From assembly GCA_012295275.1 (NCBI GenBank), contig CM022670.1, positions 39,122,001-39,186,000 on the forward strand: a stretch of DNA of 64,000 nt, in the 5' to 3' direction. A program made the translations under genes and the position numbers. The notes under the pieces are model-generated. The model saw nothing but the letters and a program-made list of their open reading frames with translations, made no database searches and was not told the DNA's origin. Shown one piece after another: positions 38,825-52,844 of the stretch; the first letter of the stretch is position 1; every line of letters begins with the position of its first letter. This DNA comes from Chrysomallon squamiferum. Its lineage: Eukaryota; Animalia; Mollusca.

Positions 38825-41800
38825 TAAATTAATTAATTAAATCATAACTTCAAATTAGCTGATTTGAAACATTACAGACAATCACAATCATGTTTAAAAA
38901 AAAACAATCCATCAAAACTTTAAAACAATCAGTTTTTGCAGAACAAATATAAAGTTATACAGATGTTTCTTGTTTTAAAATAAGAATAAATTTAAACACA
39001 TATTGTTTCAGAACATGCCTATCAAAACCGTTATGGACATATTAATTAGTTAGCATCTGAATCACCATGCCACTTCAAGAAAGAAACTTCTAGAACAGCA
39101 CTGTTAATGCTGAATGGCAAAAGGCACAGATTTGTCTTTATATATATACATAAATATTTTAATTTTAAAAAGAAAGAAAATGATAAGACTAATATTAACA
39201 ATTTATTGGCAAAGAACCATTAAAAACCAAACTGTTGTTTTTCTAATGATTCGACTGTATTTGTTTATTAACTATCAGTATTAAGATATGTAAGTAATAT
39301 ATTTAAAACTTTTTATTTTATTATTGTTTAATGGTTTGTTTTTGTTTTTTTACTAAATGACAATCAATGAAATAATGCTCAAGAATAATTGGTTTTGGTC
39401 CCCAGTATATGTTATGTAAAACAGAAATGTTTTTTCAACAGCTCTTGAATTGTGATCGGTTTCAAAAATTAGTCAACAATATGATTATGAGTAGGATTTT
39501 TAAATTCTTCAACTAAAGAAAAACTAAACACGTCCATTAATGCCTACCAAAATTCATTGAAATCATTATTATAAAACCTAATTTCATTGTAATCTATTCA
39601 AATATGAAAAACAGAAAGTCAGGTTTCAGCAGAACAATGGTTAGAGGGGAAATCAAATATATATTTCGATACAACATCTCTTAATTCAATTCAAAATCAT
39701 CATAATAATTCTATTTAAACATTTAAACACTGAAATTTGTTTTTAAAAATTCCGTTTTATTTTTGTATACCATACTGAATTTGCAAAGCAGAGTGATTAT
39801 AAATGTTTAAAAATACATAGCCACCTTTAGTTATAATCAATCATTTGAGTAACATCAACACAAAATCTTTTGTATTTTATCATCATCGTCCTTGCTGAAC
39901 ATTTTAAAAATATGTTTAATGTCATTGATGAAATAATCTAACACTTTTGATGTGTTCACATTAAGATTAAGAAATCAAATATGACTGATTCTAAAGTTAT
40001 ATAAGCATAGAAATATATTTGAATTCAACATTCATCTCAAAGTTTCAAGCATTTCTATAAAAAACAAAATTAACTGCAAAATTTAATTCTAAAGTGTGTG
40101 TACCTTGTCAGAAATACACAATAATTACCAAAAGAAAACAAAAGGGGAAAAAATATATAGTTTGATAAATATAATTTTTGTTTTTTTATTCTATAATTTA
40201 CAACAACAAAAAAAAATACATGTAATAAAAGTTCTATAAATAGCTTTGGAGTGAATAAAACAAGTATAAATAACCTGTAAACAAAAACCTAAATATTAAT
40301 AAAACTTAAATTTTTTTATGTATGTTTTCTCTTCATCTATAATTAAAAAAAAAAAAAAAAAGGAATTCTCTTTATAGAGTTCTCAATAAAGATTCATTGA
40401 TGTTTGATTATTTTTTTTAATTGTGCCTAAAATACCTATTAAACTGTTTTATTATTTAATATTATATCAATCTCAATCTACAAGCAAATGCCAAAAATTG
40501 GTCAGTTACAAAACTGAATTAATTTAAATGTGGTATAAAATAATATATATTCTGTGCAAATTATTATTATTATTATTTTTTTTTTTTTAACTTGTATTTT
40601 CAAATGTGGGAATCCATCTTTTAGGCATTCTTTAATTTCTTCTTTTTTTGTTTAATTTTTGTTGTTGTTTAATAAAACAATTTTAAAAAAATAATGGTGG
40701 TAAAGAAAACAAAATTTAGCTTCTCTATTTTTTCCATCACAGTCATGACATTCGACAGCAACTGAAATACTAAAGTTCATAATTCATTATAATTAAATAT
40801 TAAATTATAATTACAATTAAAATAACGTTTCTCAAGAACTTTTCCGGGTCCTTTTTTTTTTCTTCTTTTTTTTTAAACATGTCTGAAAATACCACTTTTG
40901 ATTGGCAGTAAAAAGATGTGAGCCAAAAGTTTGACTCAAAAATCAAAAAGCAAAAGAAAATAAAAAAAAAAAAAAAAATTGTTATCTGTACAAACATACA
41001 ATTTGAGCTATTAACAATTACAATTTATATCTACAGGTATGTTCAGTAGAAATGTCTGGGCCAGATACAAAACAAACAAACAAAAAAAAAGAGCTGAAAG
41101 ACTGGCTCTTATAAAAATGACAGTGATTTACTGAACAACATTTTCAATAAATATATCACAATAATCCGATCACTTCTGCAAGAGCACACCAGATGTGAAA
41201 TACTATATACATGAATCATGAATATGATAAAGAGTTTTTTTTATCTTTTGAAACACTAATTAAAACATTATTTTTGAATTTATTATCAGTGTCATACTGA
41301 GTCACCAAAACAAAGATATTTCTAATATAAAACTAATCTAAAAAAAAATTTAAATTTATGTTATATTTGTTTTACTTGTATGTGACTTCTATTTTCCTTC
41401 TTTTTTCAAAATATTATTTAATGTTGAAAGCCAGTTTGCTGTACCCTTCAAATGTGACTTTGTTCTTTGTGACAGAAATATTTTTTTGAAATTTATAACA
41501 TTTAACTCCCCCTATACTAAATACATAATTATCCCATTAAAATAGCTGAACAATCTGTATTACCCTCATTTTGTTACTTGTATGTTCACAGTCAATTTTT
41601 ACTATTTTCTTTGAAACACACAAGAAGTACCCTTTGTCTAACGATACAAAATTTGTTTTGTTACGAATTATTTTATTTTTTGACAAAAATGGAAACACGT
41701 TAATCTGTGGATAACATTTTTTGACAGCACCTGCACTAATTACCTGAAGAACAAGTTTTTATTACAATATCCACTGTGTAAAATTAAGTCTGTCATAACA

Positions 41801-42014
41801 CACAAGATCAGCAGTCTGTACATTATTACAAATCAAGAGACTAGTGTTTCCATGCATCATTAACACACTGTGTGATGCATGACCATGGTGTAGGTAATTC
41901 CTATTCATGATCACAACCACATCTGTGCACCCAGGACACATATGTACAATATGGCATCAGCTACTTCTGGTGTAGTTTCAGTTACGTGGTCACCTCCTAG
42001 GTGTGTGTGGTCAA

Positions 42015-43848
42015 TCAACTAGTCTCGTAGGTGGTCAGGAGAGCAGCATCCACAGGCTCCATGCATGATGGACATGTGAATGACCTCACCAGCCAATCGT
42101 CTATGCATTCTTTGTGATAGGCGTGCATGCACGGTAGAAATCGTAACATGTCTCCGAGAAGGAATTCACCCATGCATATAGCACATCTGGAAAGAAGAAA
42201 GAAAGAGAGAGAGAGAGAGAAATAAAATGGTGTTTAATTATCATGAAATATGAACATTTTAATTTTAATTTTAATTTTAATTTAGTTGTAAAAATACAAT
42301 AGTTTTTTAACAGTTAATTAAGGTCTGGTCAAGCATTTACAATAACTATGCACAGGAATCATATTCTGACTTTTTTTTTGATTTAATCAGCAAAACATGA
42401 ACATGATAGTAAAAAGTTGAATAATACTCTCATACCAATATTTCTCATATATGGATATATATATATTTAATTAAAAAAGTAACTGAAACAATATACACAG
42501 TGAAGATAATACAGCAGAATAAAATAATTAACTGACACTCCAAATGACACTTATCAGCAGCTGTCAAATTCATATGTGATTAAATCATAAATGTCAAAAA
42601 GTATTAGATGTATTTAAACTTACAGAATAAAAAGAATCAATACAAAAATAAATTACACTCTCTCCGTAAGCAGCAAATGTGCTTATTAATTAATATTTTC
42701 CTTTTATTCAACATCTGAGTTTCTTACTATTGTTCACTGAACACAAACGAAATATTTATTTACCCTACAAATACCTAGGCTATAATATTAAATTAATTCA
42801 GTAAAGGTTACTACTAGATTAAAAATAATAACAATCTTACTCTTTAGCTTTTTTGCTCATTCCATCATACACTCCTGTTGGAAGATGGTTAATTAGACCA
42901 AGTCTTTGCGCTATTTTTATCTGTTCTTCTTCTGTAAGCATATTTGCAGGCCTGCTCACATTTGGAGATGGATGATACACTGGGACGCTTTCCTGAAATT
43001 AATATATGTAATAAGAACTATAATATGTAAAATCAAATGTTACAGTGTTTGAATGAAAATGTTTACATTAAACACATTCAAAATAGGAATGAATATCACA
43101 GTGACTGAATGTTAGAGTCTGAGCCATATTCTTAAAAGCTGAGGTACAGGTTGAGAAGCCTTTATCCAAAATGCTTGGGGTCAGAAGTATTTTAGATTTC
43201 CAATTTTTTAATATTTTGGAACATAAAGTTAAAAGAGCCTGAAAATAGGATCTAAGTCTAAATTAGAATTGTATTTGTATTTCATATACAATTTTAAAAA
43301 GTGATTAAAAAGCTACAAAAATGTAAATCTTATCAGCTGCTCAGCAAAAGTATTTACTAATTAATGTGCTTCATATAAGCAGTCTTTAGATTTTATTTTG
43401 TTGTTGGTTTGGTGAAATCAATATTTCCTTTCTGTTCCACAACAAGAAAGTCATTAAAGGTCAGAAGTTAAAACCAGTCTTGGCCATCCAGTACAGATTC
43501 TGTTTGCAGTTATTCCATAAGTTTTGTTCAGAATGAGTACAGCTACAATGAAATACATCCTTTCACTTACAGTGTTGATAAATGTGTAATCGCATTTTAA
43601 AAGGAAGGTGTGGATATTACTGCTGGAAATGTCTTAAACGTGCAGAGGACACCTTCATAAATTTTTATGAGGAAGAAAACTATAAATCAAATAGAAATTA
43701 GTTTTAAATGTTTACCAGCCAAATGTGAAACATGACTGGCATCTACAAGCACAGCAGCTGCAAATTTTCTTTCAACGTTCTAAACATTTAATAATATCAG
43801 TTTAAAAATAGTTTTCTTCATTTTTTTTTTTTTTTTTTTTTTTTATAT

Positions 43849-43885
<37 letters not shown>

Positions 43886-44887
43886 GGAATATATACTGTG
43901 TCTATCAAATGAATTTTTAAAAAATAAAATAAAATAAAATAAATCTATATATTTCTACAAATGAAATGAAAATGTCAGTTCCTTTGAAAGCTTGGTTTTT
44001 GTATGTTGTTGGTTTTCATACTTAATTGTTAGCAAAGACTGATTGTGAGAAATACATAAAATGGTAAACTGGAATAAACTGAAAACACCTGACCCCCACC
44101 CACTAATTTAAAAAAAAAAAAAAAAAAAAAAATTAAATCCAGACTTTATTGTAACTATGCAGGACAGAAGTTATTGAAAAAAAAAAAAAAAAAAGTTTTA
44201 AATTAAAACATGTAATTTATGAAACAGTATTTCCTTATTTTTATCTATTATTAATGACCTATCATTCATTGCTCAGCCTAAACATATTATACAACATCAA
44301 AACAAACATGAAAACAACAACAGATAATATTATTATGTGTCTGTCTGTCTGTGTGTGTGTGTATATATCTTAATTAAGTTTATTCAGTTACTGTTACTTT
44401 ATTAGTGATATTTGTATCAAATTTAACAGTTGTAAGTAACAAGCAAAAATATGTGGGCCACAATTAATATAAAGTATTTGTGAAAATGTTGATTAAGGTA
44501 ATGAAAAGATGAAAAAATATCACGATTCAGTATGAGTAGATGTTTCTTTGTGTGTAACAAAGGCTGATCAGCTGTTACACTGAAGTAGTTTTAACAAAGA
44601 ATACTTTTTTTTCGAAAACTAACAGTTGTTACAGCTTTAACAATGAATTAAATGTTGATTTAGATATTTCATAAAATAATTTTATTAATCATGATTATTT
44701 TATATGTATGAGTAACGACTGATTCTGTTGATAAAAAAATAAATAAATATATAAAAATAAACAGGATGAATAGTAGGTCAACCTGATACGGTGGTGGGGG
44801 TCCTGGGTCGGATCCATCTGAACGGCTGTCACTTTCCCGTAGCAAAGACATGTCGTCTGAACTTGAAGACTTTAAGCAATTCCCCAT
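42015..44887 (-). CDS. RNF11: RING finger protein 11, 142 aa, 3 exons
   Basis: Exons 44887-44783, 42992-42841, 42186-42015. MGNCLKS N-terminus, PPPPY motif, LTEEEQIKIAQRLGLINHLP, RING-H2 CAICMGEF...FLPCMHAYHKECIDDWLVRSFTCPSCMEPVDAALLTTYETS; closely matches remembered vertebrate RNF11. Confidence 0.96.
43147..43400. mobile_element. Second, partial pogo/Tigger-like MITE copy in RNF11 intron 1
   Basis: TA-CAGGTTGAGAAGCCTTTATCCAAAATGCTTGGGGTCAGAAGTATTTTAGA, clearly related to the 15942 copy; right end not clearly identifiable. Confidence 0.6.
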
Positions 44888-45032
44888 TGTTGGAACGTTA
44901 CGCTGGCAAAGACTGTAATGAAGTAAACTAACAAATGTCTGCCTATATCAATCTATCTGAAACTACAACAATAATTTCCTTCGGTCATTCTGACAGATCA
45001 AAACATTTGCCTAACAACTTCTAAATATAATT

Positions 45033-45430
45033 CACTTCCGCGTAGTCTGGTGACGTCAAATAAATTAGTTCGCTAAAATATAAAAATATTAATAAGAATA
45101 AAAGAAATATGTTAAACATTTAATCAAATGAAAAAAATTGGCTCAAGTGAAATAATACAAAAACATAATTGAAAAAAACATACATTTGCTGCAAAATAAT
45201 AGCCACTTAACGCGCAATGTTTTTAAATGGCACTAAGATCTTTTAGTTTCGAATTTTTTTTGTTTGAATTATGATAAAATACGCGACTTATTAAGACCAC
45301 TAATTGTTAAGACTTAATTTGTTTGAATAGTTTTATGTGACAAAGCGTTTAATTAAATCTAGATTATACGAAACATTATATATTATCACTTTACTTAAGG
45401 GGCACCTGCTCGAGAAAAATTTTGCGGGAA
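45033..45430. promoter_or_regulatory. Shared bidirectional promoter region of RNF11 and FANCC
   Basis: The two ATGs (44887 and 45521) diverge about 630 bp apart. ETS motif ACTTCCG near 45034-45040, palindromic CRE TGACGTCA 45051-45058, E2F-like GCGGGAA 45424-45430. Confidence 0.55.
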
Positions 45431-45520
45431 TTATAAAAACAGTTTTGCACAAATTAATTTATATGTATTCAGTAGTTTGATTGTTAATTAACTGTTTGAC
45501 TTATTTCATATGTGGTTAAT

Positions 45521-47803
45521 ATGGAACAACTGAAATTCAGAATAAAGAACTGTACTCAAAAAATAAAATATTTTTCTAACAACAGTTTTATAAAAGAACA
45601 GTTTCAATATTCTCAAAACCGAGACGAGAACTTCGAATTATTTTCCGAAGTAGGATGTGTCCTAAAAGATATATACTCCTATCTGGTGTCACTGGTGGGT
45701 AATCTTTTAATCGTGATTAATTAAGAATTACGTGTTTTTTTTCTAATATATATATTTAAAAATGCATCTATATGCCTAGCTATGATATATCTAGCTATAT
45801 AATATCCATATACATACTCAGATACTCATTTTATTTTATTTTATTTTATTTTATTTTATTTTTTCTGCAGAAATCTATTGATGATGCTATGAAAAATCTC
45901 CCTGAGACTGGGCAATTACTAAGTGAGATATCCCATGTTCCAGTTATATTCTCTTTTCCACAATATTTTTCAATATGGATGAAATGTGTTTTCTGGTTCC
46001 ACAAGAAAGATGCTTCCTCGTCTACTGAAATCAAAGCAACAGACTGGGCTATAGTATGATTCTGAAATAAATTACATAGATAACTCCATGTTTTCTTGTG
46101 TCCAGTATATGTCTATTTAATTTTCATCTATTGTTTTCATTATGATTAAAATAATGGATACTTTTTTTGTACAACTTTTATGTTCTTGTAAAATATTATT
46201 TTCTCCAACTTTTAATTATTATAATTAAAAATGATTTTCAGATGATTTAACAGAAATAATTTATTTACAAAAATTTTGTTTAGTTGCCAATATTTTTACA
46301 GAGACTGCTTCAATCCATGGTTTCCTGTCAGATTAATACAAATGATTCTGCATTGAAAAGTCTTGGAACTGAACCTTCTAAATTGCTGAAAAAACAATTA
46401 TTACTGGTGAGGAATATTGTGTTTACATTTTTATGACATACATCAGATACAGTTCCTAATGTTTAAATGATGTTGTTATAAAATATGTGATATTTTTTTC
46501 ACAAATCCAAAATTAGACATCATTTGTGCTTATTAGTTATAAAAAAGCAACTAATAGGGTTCATTTCAAAACGTAGAACAAAAATAGAGTTATGATAATT
46601 AGAATATAGTCAAGAAAAAAAGATAATGATTTCTGTGCAAGTTTAGTTAATTTAACAAAATATGTAATAATATTTCAGAATATTTACAAAATAATTAAAC
46701 TACTGGAGTCAGGAAATGATCAACACTCGGGTCCTAATACAAAAAATGTCAGACTGTTAAAAGGAATTTCAAATATCTTATTAACCATCTACACTGAAAA
46801 TGGCTTCTCATCTCTCTGGTTTTCTGTTCTGCAACTGTTATCTCAATGTCCACAAGATGATGATATTTTAAAAATACATCAGACATTAACTGAATTGCAA
46901 CAAGAAGCATATACTGAAGGTCAGATTATTAATTAGAAATAACCATAATCTTGCAAGTTTTTACTGTTTTCTAATCAGCAAGCCATTTAATTGGCTTTTT
47001 CTGCTGAATCACTACAATAACAAGCACCTCACATATGTGTCTTTAAAAAGAAAATATTTATTATTTATGTTGATTTATAAGAATTGAAGTAAAAGATTAA
47101 TCAGTTTGTAGTCAGTTTGACAACATGATTAAAATATATTTAATTAAACATTTAATTTATAATACTATTTTCTCTTGTAATGGATCTCAGTATTGAATAC
47201 TGATTATGACAAACAGTATTAAATTTATATCATTTTTAAGCAGGATGTAATCTTTATTATGAAACAAAAGAAAGCTTATAATTTCACAATAAAACATGCT
47301 ATGACAGTAATTTCAGAAATATTTCTTTTTTGTACTTCTTAAAATTGGGTTTTAAGTATCTATAATTCTTATGAATAATTTCATATGTAATATTAACATT
47401 TAAACAAAAACAAAATCTAAAATCTGTATTATCTTTTTTTCCAGAGTGTAAAGTGAAATTATCTTACAAAACGCTTATTATTTTGTGGACTTCGTACCTA
47501 CCTGCACTTGAGCAGGAAGTACTGCTCATGGTGGAGACAGTTTCCTTGTCTTCATGTCTCCCATCAGTGATAAAGAAGATAATACAGTCAAGAGATCTGG
47601 TTGGCTATTAAAAAAACATCATTTTACTGTAGACTCATGCAGAACTTATGTGACCTTTTATTGCTAATTCTTACCTTTTATAAAACTACTTTATAAAGCT
47701 AAAAAATAAATTTCAATTGAAATTTTTTTTTTTTTTTTTTGATAACATTTATTTACAATATTTTGTATAATTTGTTTGATCTATTTTTTTTTATTATTAT
47801 TAT

Positions 47804-47839
<36 letters not shown>

Positions 47840-50800
47840 ATGGGAGCTGTGATAGAGGTATTTTTTTAATATAAACTAAAATATTTTTTTAAAAAAGAAG
47901 TATCAGTTAAATTAAATAGTCATTAATATAGTGTCCAGTAAAAAAACATTAATATTTCAGGCCATAGCATGTTGTGAAAACTACCAGGTCTCACTTACAG
48001 TTCATGAGATGCTGTACAGTTTGTATGTCCAGACAGGTCATTCTAGTGTCATGTGTGACACTGTAATGAAGTTCTCAGAATGCATGGAAGAAGTCAGGGA
48101 ACTTAATTTCACTAAAAATGAGGTAATTTTTTAAAATTATTATTATTTCTTAAATGAGGTGGAATTTCAACATAATGAATCCTGTATGTATTATTTTGGA
48201 TACAAAATATTTACTAACATTGTTTTTAAAAATTATTGTATTGAGTTATTTTGGATAATAGGAATTATAATGTTAGTTAAAGCAACAATTGTGTCATATT
48301 TTCTTATCATTTTTTAAATTAAACTGTTTATATATCTAATCTTATCTTGCTTTGAAATGGTCTTGTTTCAGATTTTTATTCCTGAAACATTATACAGTCC
48401 TGAACTTCAGCCTTTGGTCACCTTACTTAATCTTCCAATTAAGAGTGAGATTTTACTGTTTTCATCAATACCTATCCTTGAATGTATATATTTATCTGTG
48501 AATAAAAGTGTGGGGGAGAGGAAATGAAATAAAAAGCAACAAAAAACAAACACTTTTTGATTAATATGCTGATAAAAAAGGTATTATTTGCAAATAATTT
48601 CTATCATTCTTGTCATTCAGGAGAATTTCATTTAAATTTACTTATATAACATACAAGGATATTTTAGTCACTAACTATTTTATTAAGAAAAGTATCTTGA
48701 GGAGCCTGTTTTGATGGAGGATTGTGGCTTTATGCTGACATGACAGATATTAAAAAAATGTACACTGTTGTAGTTAAATTTCTAAACTTGTTTTATTTTT
48801 CAGATTACTCAGTTTGTACAGAAATGCTCCACTGTTTTTAATAAATTACATCGTGTGTCAACTGGCTTTATTTTGAGAGGTTTTAATTTTTTTCTACTGG
48901 CAGATTTTGATTCTGAGAAAGCTTGTCATCATCTTTCACAAATAAGTAATGTTATGAGAGATGTGTTAGCAACCATCACTGTGACACCTGAGTTAGTCAA
49001 ATCTCTTACATTGCTCACACTGAAGTTCAAACACTGGATCAACAAAGCTTTGTGGAATGTAATGCAGTGTGACAAAAAGGTGGATTAATATAAACAAATG
49101 TTTTATTTTTAAAATATATAATATAATTTATAGTAAAAAAAAAAAAAAATTAACTTTCTTTTAAAACAAATTATTTTTTGCCATGGGGTATTGTTGTTTT
49201 GTTGTTGTTCTTTTTTTTTCTTTTTTTTTAAATTCAGTTTTATGTAGAATATTAGTTAACATTTTTCTTTTTCACATGATAGGTAAATATGTTTGAACCG
49301 GGTTTAAGTTAGAAATTAATCTGAAAAGAAATCAATGAACAAAGTGGAAATAAACCATTACCACAAACTGTTAATTAACTGTGTTTTATATTTATTATTT
49401 CAGTACATTGAAAGTTGTTTGGATGTGATTTATCTGTCACAGTTTTATGACCCAGACATACAAAACATTAAGGTGAGAAAATGTACAGCTTTCATTACCT
49501 ATTATTAAGAATGATCTGTTATATTCAGAAGAGCATAACTGATTGTAAAACACTAATTAATATGTAATATGTTTAATTTCAGTTGCTACGTTAATATGCA
49601 ATGATAGTAAACTAAGAATAAAAGTTTCCTTCACATTTTAAGATATATTTCTAATGAATATATTATAAACAGTACAGACTGAAGTTCCCAAAGTCATCAT
49701 TTTAAAATCTTGAAAGCCCAAACTGATCAAACTTCCATACTCGTCAAGAGTCCCAATACCTGGCATTATCTTGCCAACTGACTGCCATGATCTGGGGGCA
49801 CATGTCTTTTGTGGCATGGCAAATCCATGTCTTGTGCTTTGATTTTTATATTTGAAGACATTGTTATACTGTTTTGAAGCCAAAATATACCCCACAACAT
49901 CTACAGTATCTACGTCATCTGTTCAGTATATTAACAATTCAATAGGTTGACATGACAATGGCCCCAATGATGTCAAGTTTGGGAACTTCAACCTTTATAC
50001 ACAGAGAGTAATGTTTTATTTTAAATTCTGAATTAATTTGTTTGTAAAATGTGGTAAATGCTCAGATAAATTTTTAATGAATATAGTATTGTAAGTAATA
50101 ATAAAAGAGATGTTGAGTATAAAATTTAGCTTTTATAATGAATTAATATAGCGATTAAAAAATAAAACAAGCATCTATTTCATAACACTACCTTTGAATG
50201 ACACCAACAGCCAATTTTATTTTTTACAAACAAACACATTTAAGATGTTCTGATTTGTTGGTTTCAGTCTTCTACAAGAGAAATGCTTAACAATTTAAGA
50301 GGGCTGTTGGGAAAGACAAATTTAAAACTGCCAGATATTGAATATGCCATCTACAGCAGTGTAAAATCCATTGAAAACAACAGAACACTTCAACAAATAC
50401 TGATCGTCTTTCTGTTTCAGTCAGTGTCAGGATTCCATCTTGCTGAGGATATTTTAAAACTGGTAAATATATTTTAAAATACACCCTAATAATTGTATTA
50501 AAATATACAAATAAAGAGAATATTTTTAATATTTCAAAAAGACAGAATAAATAATATTTATGTGATTGAGTGAGAGTGAAAAAAATGAATGTGCTAATCT
50601 GAGCAAGCCATTGTGAAGCACATCTATGAAATGCAAATTCTCTGACAATGGGTGTGTCTGTCACAGATCATATGAAAACAGTATCAACTAATATTAGATT
50701 TAGTTTGTATTTCTTAATGGTTTTTGTGATACAAATTCCTTTGATATTTGTATAAAAGTGACTGTTGAACTTTTTATAAAATTTTAATTATTTTATCTAA

Positions 50801-51143
50801 GACATCTATATAACATTTAATATAATTGTTAAAAAAAATTTACTGGCAGCTTATCTATTTTTGTACATTTTTGTATTTCCAGGCAACAGCTAATATGGAT
50901 GCTATAACACATCTATATGTGCTGGTCTATTCTCATCAAATATTTGACATTGACCTCACTAAATGGTCACCATACAAATTAACTAAATACAGACAACTAC
51001 TGAAAACCTTAAAACACAACCTTTTGACTAGAATTCAAGAAACAAGTGAATTAGGGACAAAAGTTGTTCAGTGTGACCAGGAGATACTGAATGAATTGGA
51101 CAAAGTACTGCATATACCAGCATTACGTCAGTGTCAGATTTGA
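45521..51143 (+). CDS. FANCC: Fanconi anaemia group C protein-like, 597 aa, 11 exons
   Basis: Exons 45521-45694, 45871-46053, 46302-46406, 46679-46919, 47445-47599, 47961-48122, 48372-48444, 48904-49079, 49404-49472, 50268-50462, 50883-51143; total 1794 nt, in frame. Colinear blocks against remembered human FANCC: LPETGQLLSEISHVPVIF vs FPTIGQLLAKACWNPFIL; LWTSYLPALEQEVL vs LWLRHLPSLEKAML; VHEMLYSLYVQTG vs VDEMFRCALLETD; LQQILIVFLFQSVSGFHLAEDILKL vs [25 protein letters not shown]. Confidence 0.8.
49673..49999. mobile_element. MITE-like element (possibly Tc1/mariner-derived) in FANCC intron 9
   Basis: Perfect 13-bp inverted repeat TGAAGTTCCCAAA (49680-49692) / TTTGGGAACTTCA (49978-49990), extended inward by CATCATT/AATGATG; TA dinucleotides at both outer ends; interior less AT-rich than the flanks. 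Confidence 0.55.
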
Positions 51144-52844
51144 TCATTGTAAATATACTAACCAGAATGGACTATCAAGATATTCTACAAAGACAGAGCA
51201 TTTGAAGAGTTGAAGAGTTGGAATAATTGTTACGTTCAGTAATATTAATATTAAACACAAAAACACTTTTTATTTTATTTTATTTTTTTATTTTAGAGGG
51301 GTGGGGCAGTCCATTTTAGAAATTTATAATCTGTTTGGTGAAAAGAGGTTTAAAGATGGAAAAAAATATATTAAACTTTTTTTAACAAATTTTTTTATCC
51401 TTTCATGTTATAATCAGGTCATTTAATTTAATGAAAAAATCCATGAAACTAAAAAAGATTGTCAAACAAGAGAAAAAGCACATTTTAATCATTTTATTAA
51501 AAACAACAACAAAAGAAAACTGATATAAGTTTATTTCTTGTTCTGATGTATAAAATATCAAACAAAAGTAAACCGACATATCACTTCACTGCAGACATAG
51601 TGATGCATAATGACTAACAAAGATTTATATTTATTAGTGCTGAGAATATTGATATACAATTGCAATTTACTTTATAAACATAAATGCTGCTGGATATCTG
51701 TACTGATCACCAAACTTGATAAAAATAATATTGCGGTTAATGCGAAATGTTCTATTATTTTATGAGTATGATTCTTTAACACTGTCCACTCAAAATTCAA
51801 TTTCTCTATAAATTATATTCATTAGTCACAAATGTTTTGATTATAAATGCTATGGGGAAGAATGAGATTTTTGTTCCTTTACAGCATATTCAGTCTTCTG
51901 AAACATCCAGCTTATGTTCATCTGGGGTAACAAAATTATTTTTTTCACATAACTAATATAACTAAAGTATTTAGAGAAAATCAGAAAGGGAAAATCTGGA
52001 TAACATTTACCAATAAAATGTATTTTATTGTTTAAACTGTACCTAATCTACATGACAAGCCTAATTTCACTACTCTATTAAAATATAAATGATATATACA
52101 GAGATGTTTGTTGTTGTTGTCAAGGAAATGTTTTATTTGCACACAAATTTTTGTATTCAATACAAAGGCAAGATAATATCAAAAAATATATTATTTTTAA
52201 AAAAAAACAACTACTGAATAAATATAATTATATAATAAACATTTAGTATAAAAAATATATATATAGTAGAAAGATTAACTAGAAATTTTCTCTAATAAAA
52301 TGTTATGAAAAACCACATGTATATTAAAATGTATCGAGTAAAAACAAATAGATGAAAAATAACAGTACTATATTAATTATGAGTACATTTCATTTAATTT
52401 AAATAACATACTGTACAAATTTTTTAACTAACAACAAACTCCACATTTATTACTAGATCAAATCTAATTGATGTAATTGTTATTTTGTCATGTGTACATT
52501 TCACTGTTCTAAATAACACACAATGTAAACTTACTAAGCTAATCACAAACTACATTCTTTATAACATTTGATCTAATTGTTAATTTCTCAGATGTATACA
52601 TTGCACTATTCTAAATAACATACTAATTAAGATATTTTATCAAATGTTTATTTATACCCAATACCACTGAGACCTTTGCAATTAAATATGAATAAAACTA
52701 GAAATTCATCATACACTTTGTTTTCTGTGTTATATGTGCATTTTTAACACAAACTTCATTTCCTGTTAGTGCTGTCTGAAAAGATATTTGCTCTAATATA
52801 CACAGTTAATGAAAAGTTTTATAGTATGAAAAGATAACCTAAGT

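Noticed and set aside
48804-48903. Extended FANCC exon 8 from the strong-looking acceptor at 48803
   Set aside because: It introduces an in-frame TAA; only the 48903 acceptor keeps the frame.
51890-51921. Alternative coding last exon of PLGRKT copy 1 (DEHKLDVSED-stop)
   Set aside because: The acceptor is plausible but no canonical in-phase donor was found in exon 4 before its stop, and skipping exon 4 would remove conserved sequence; more likely a 3'UTR exon.
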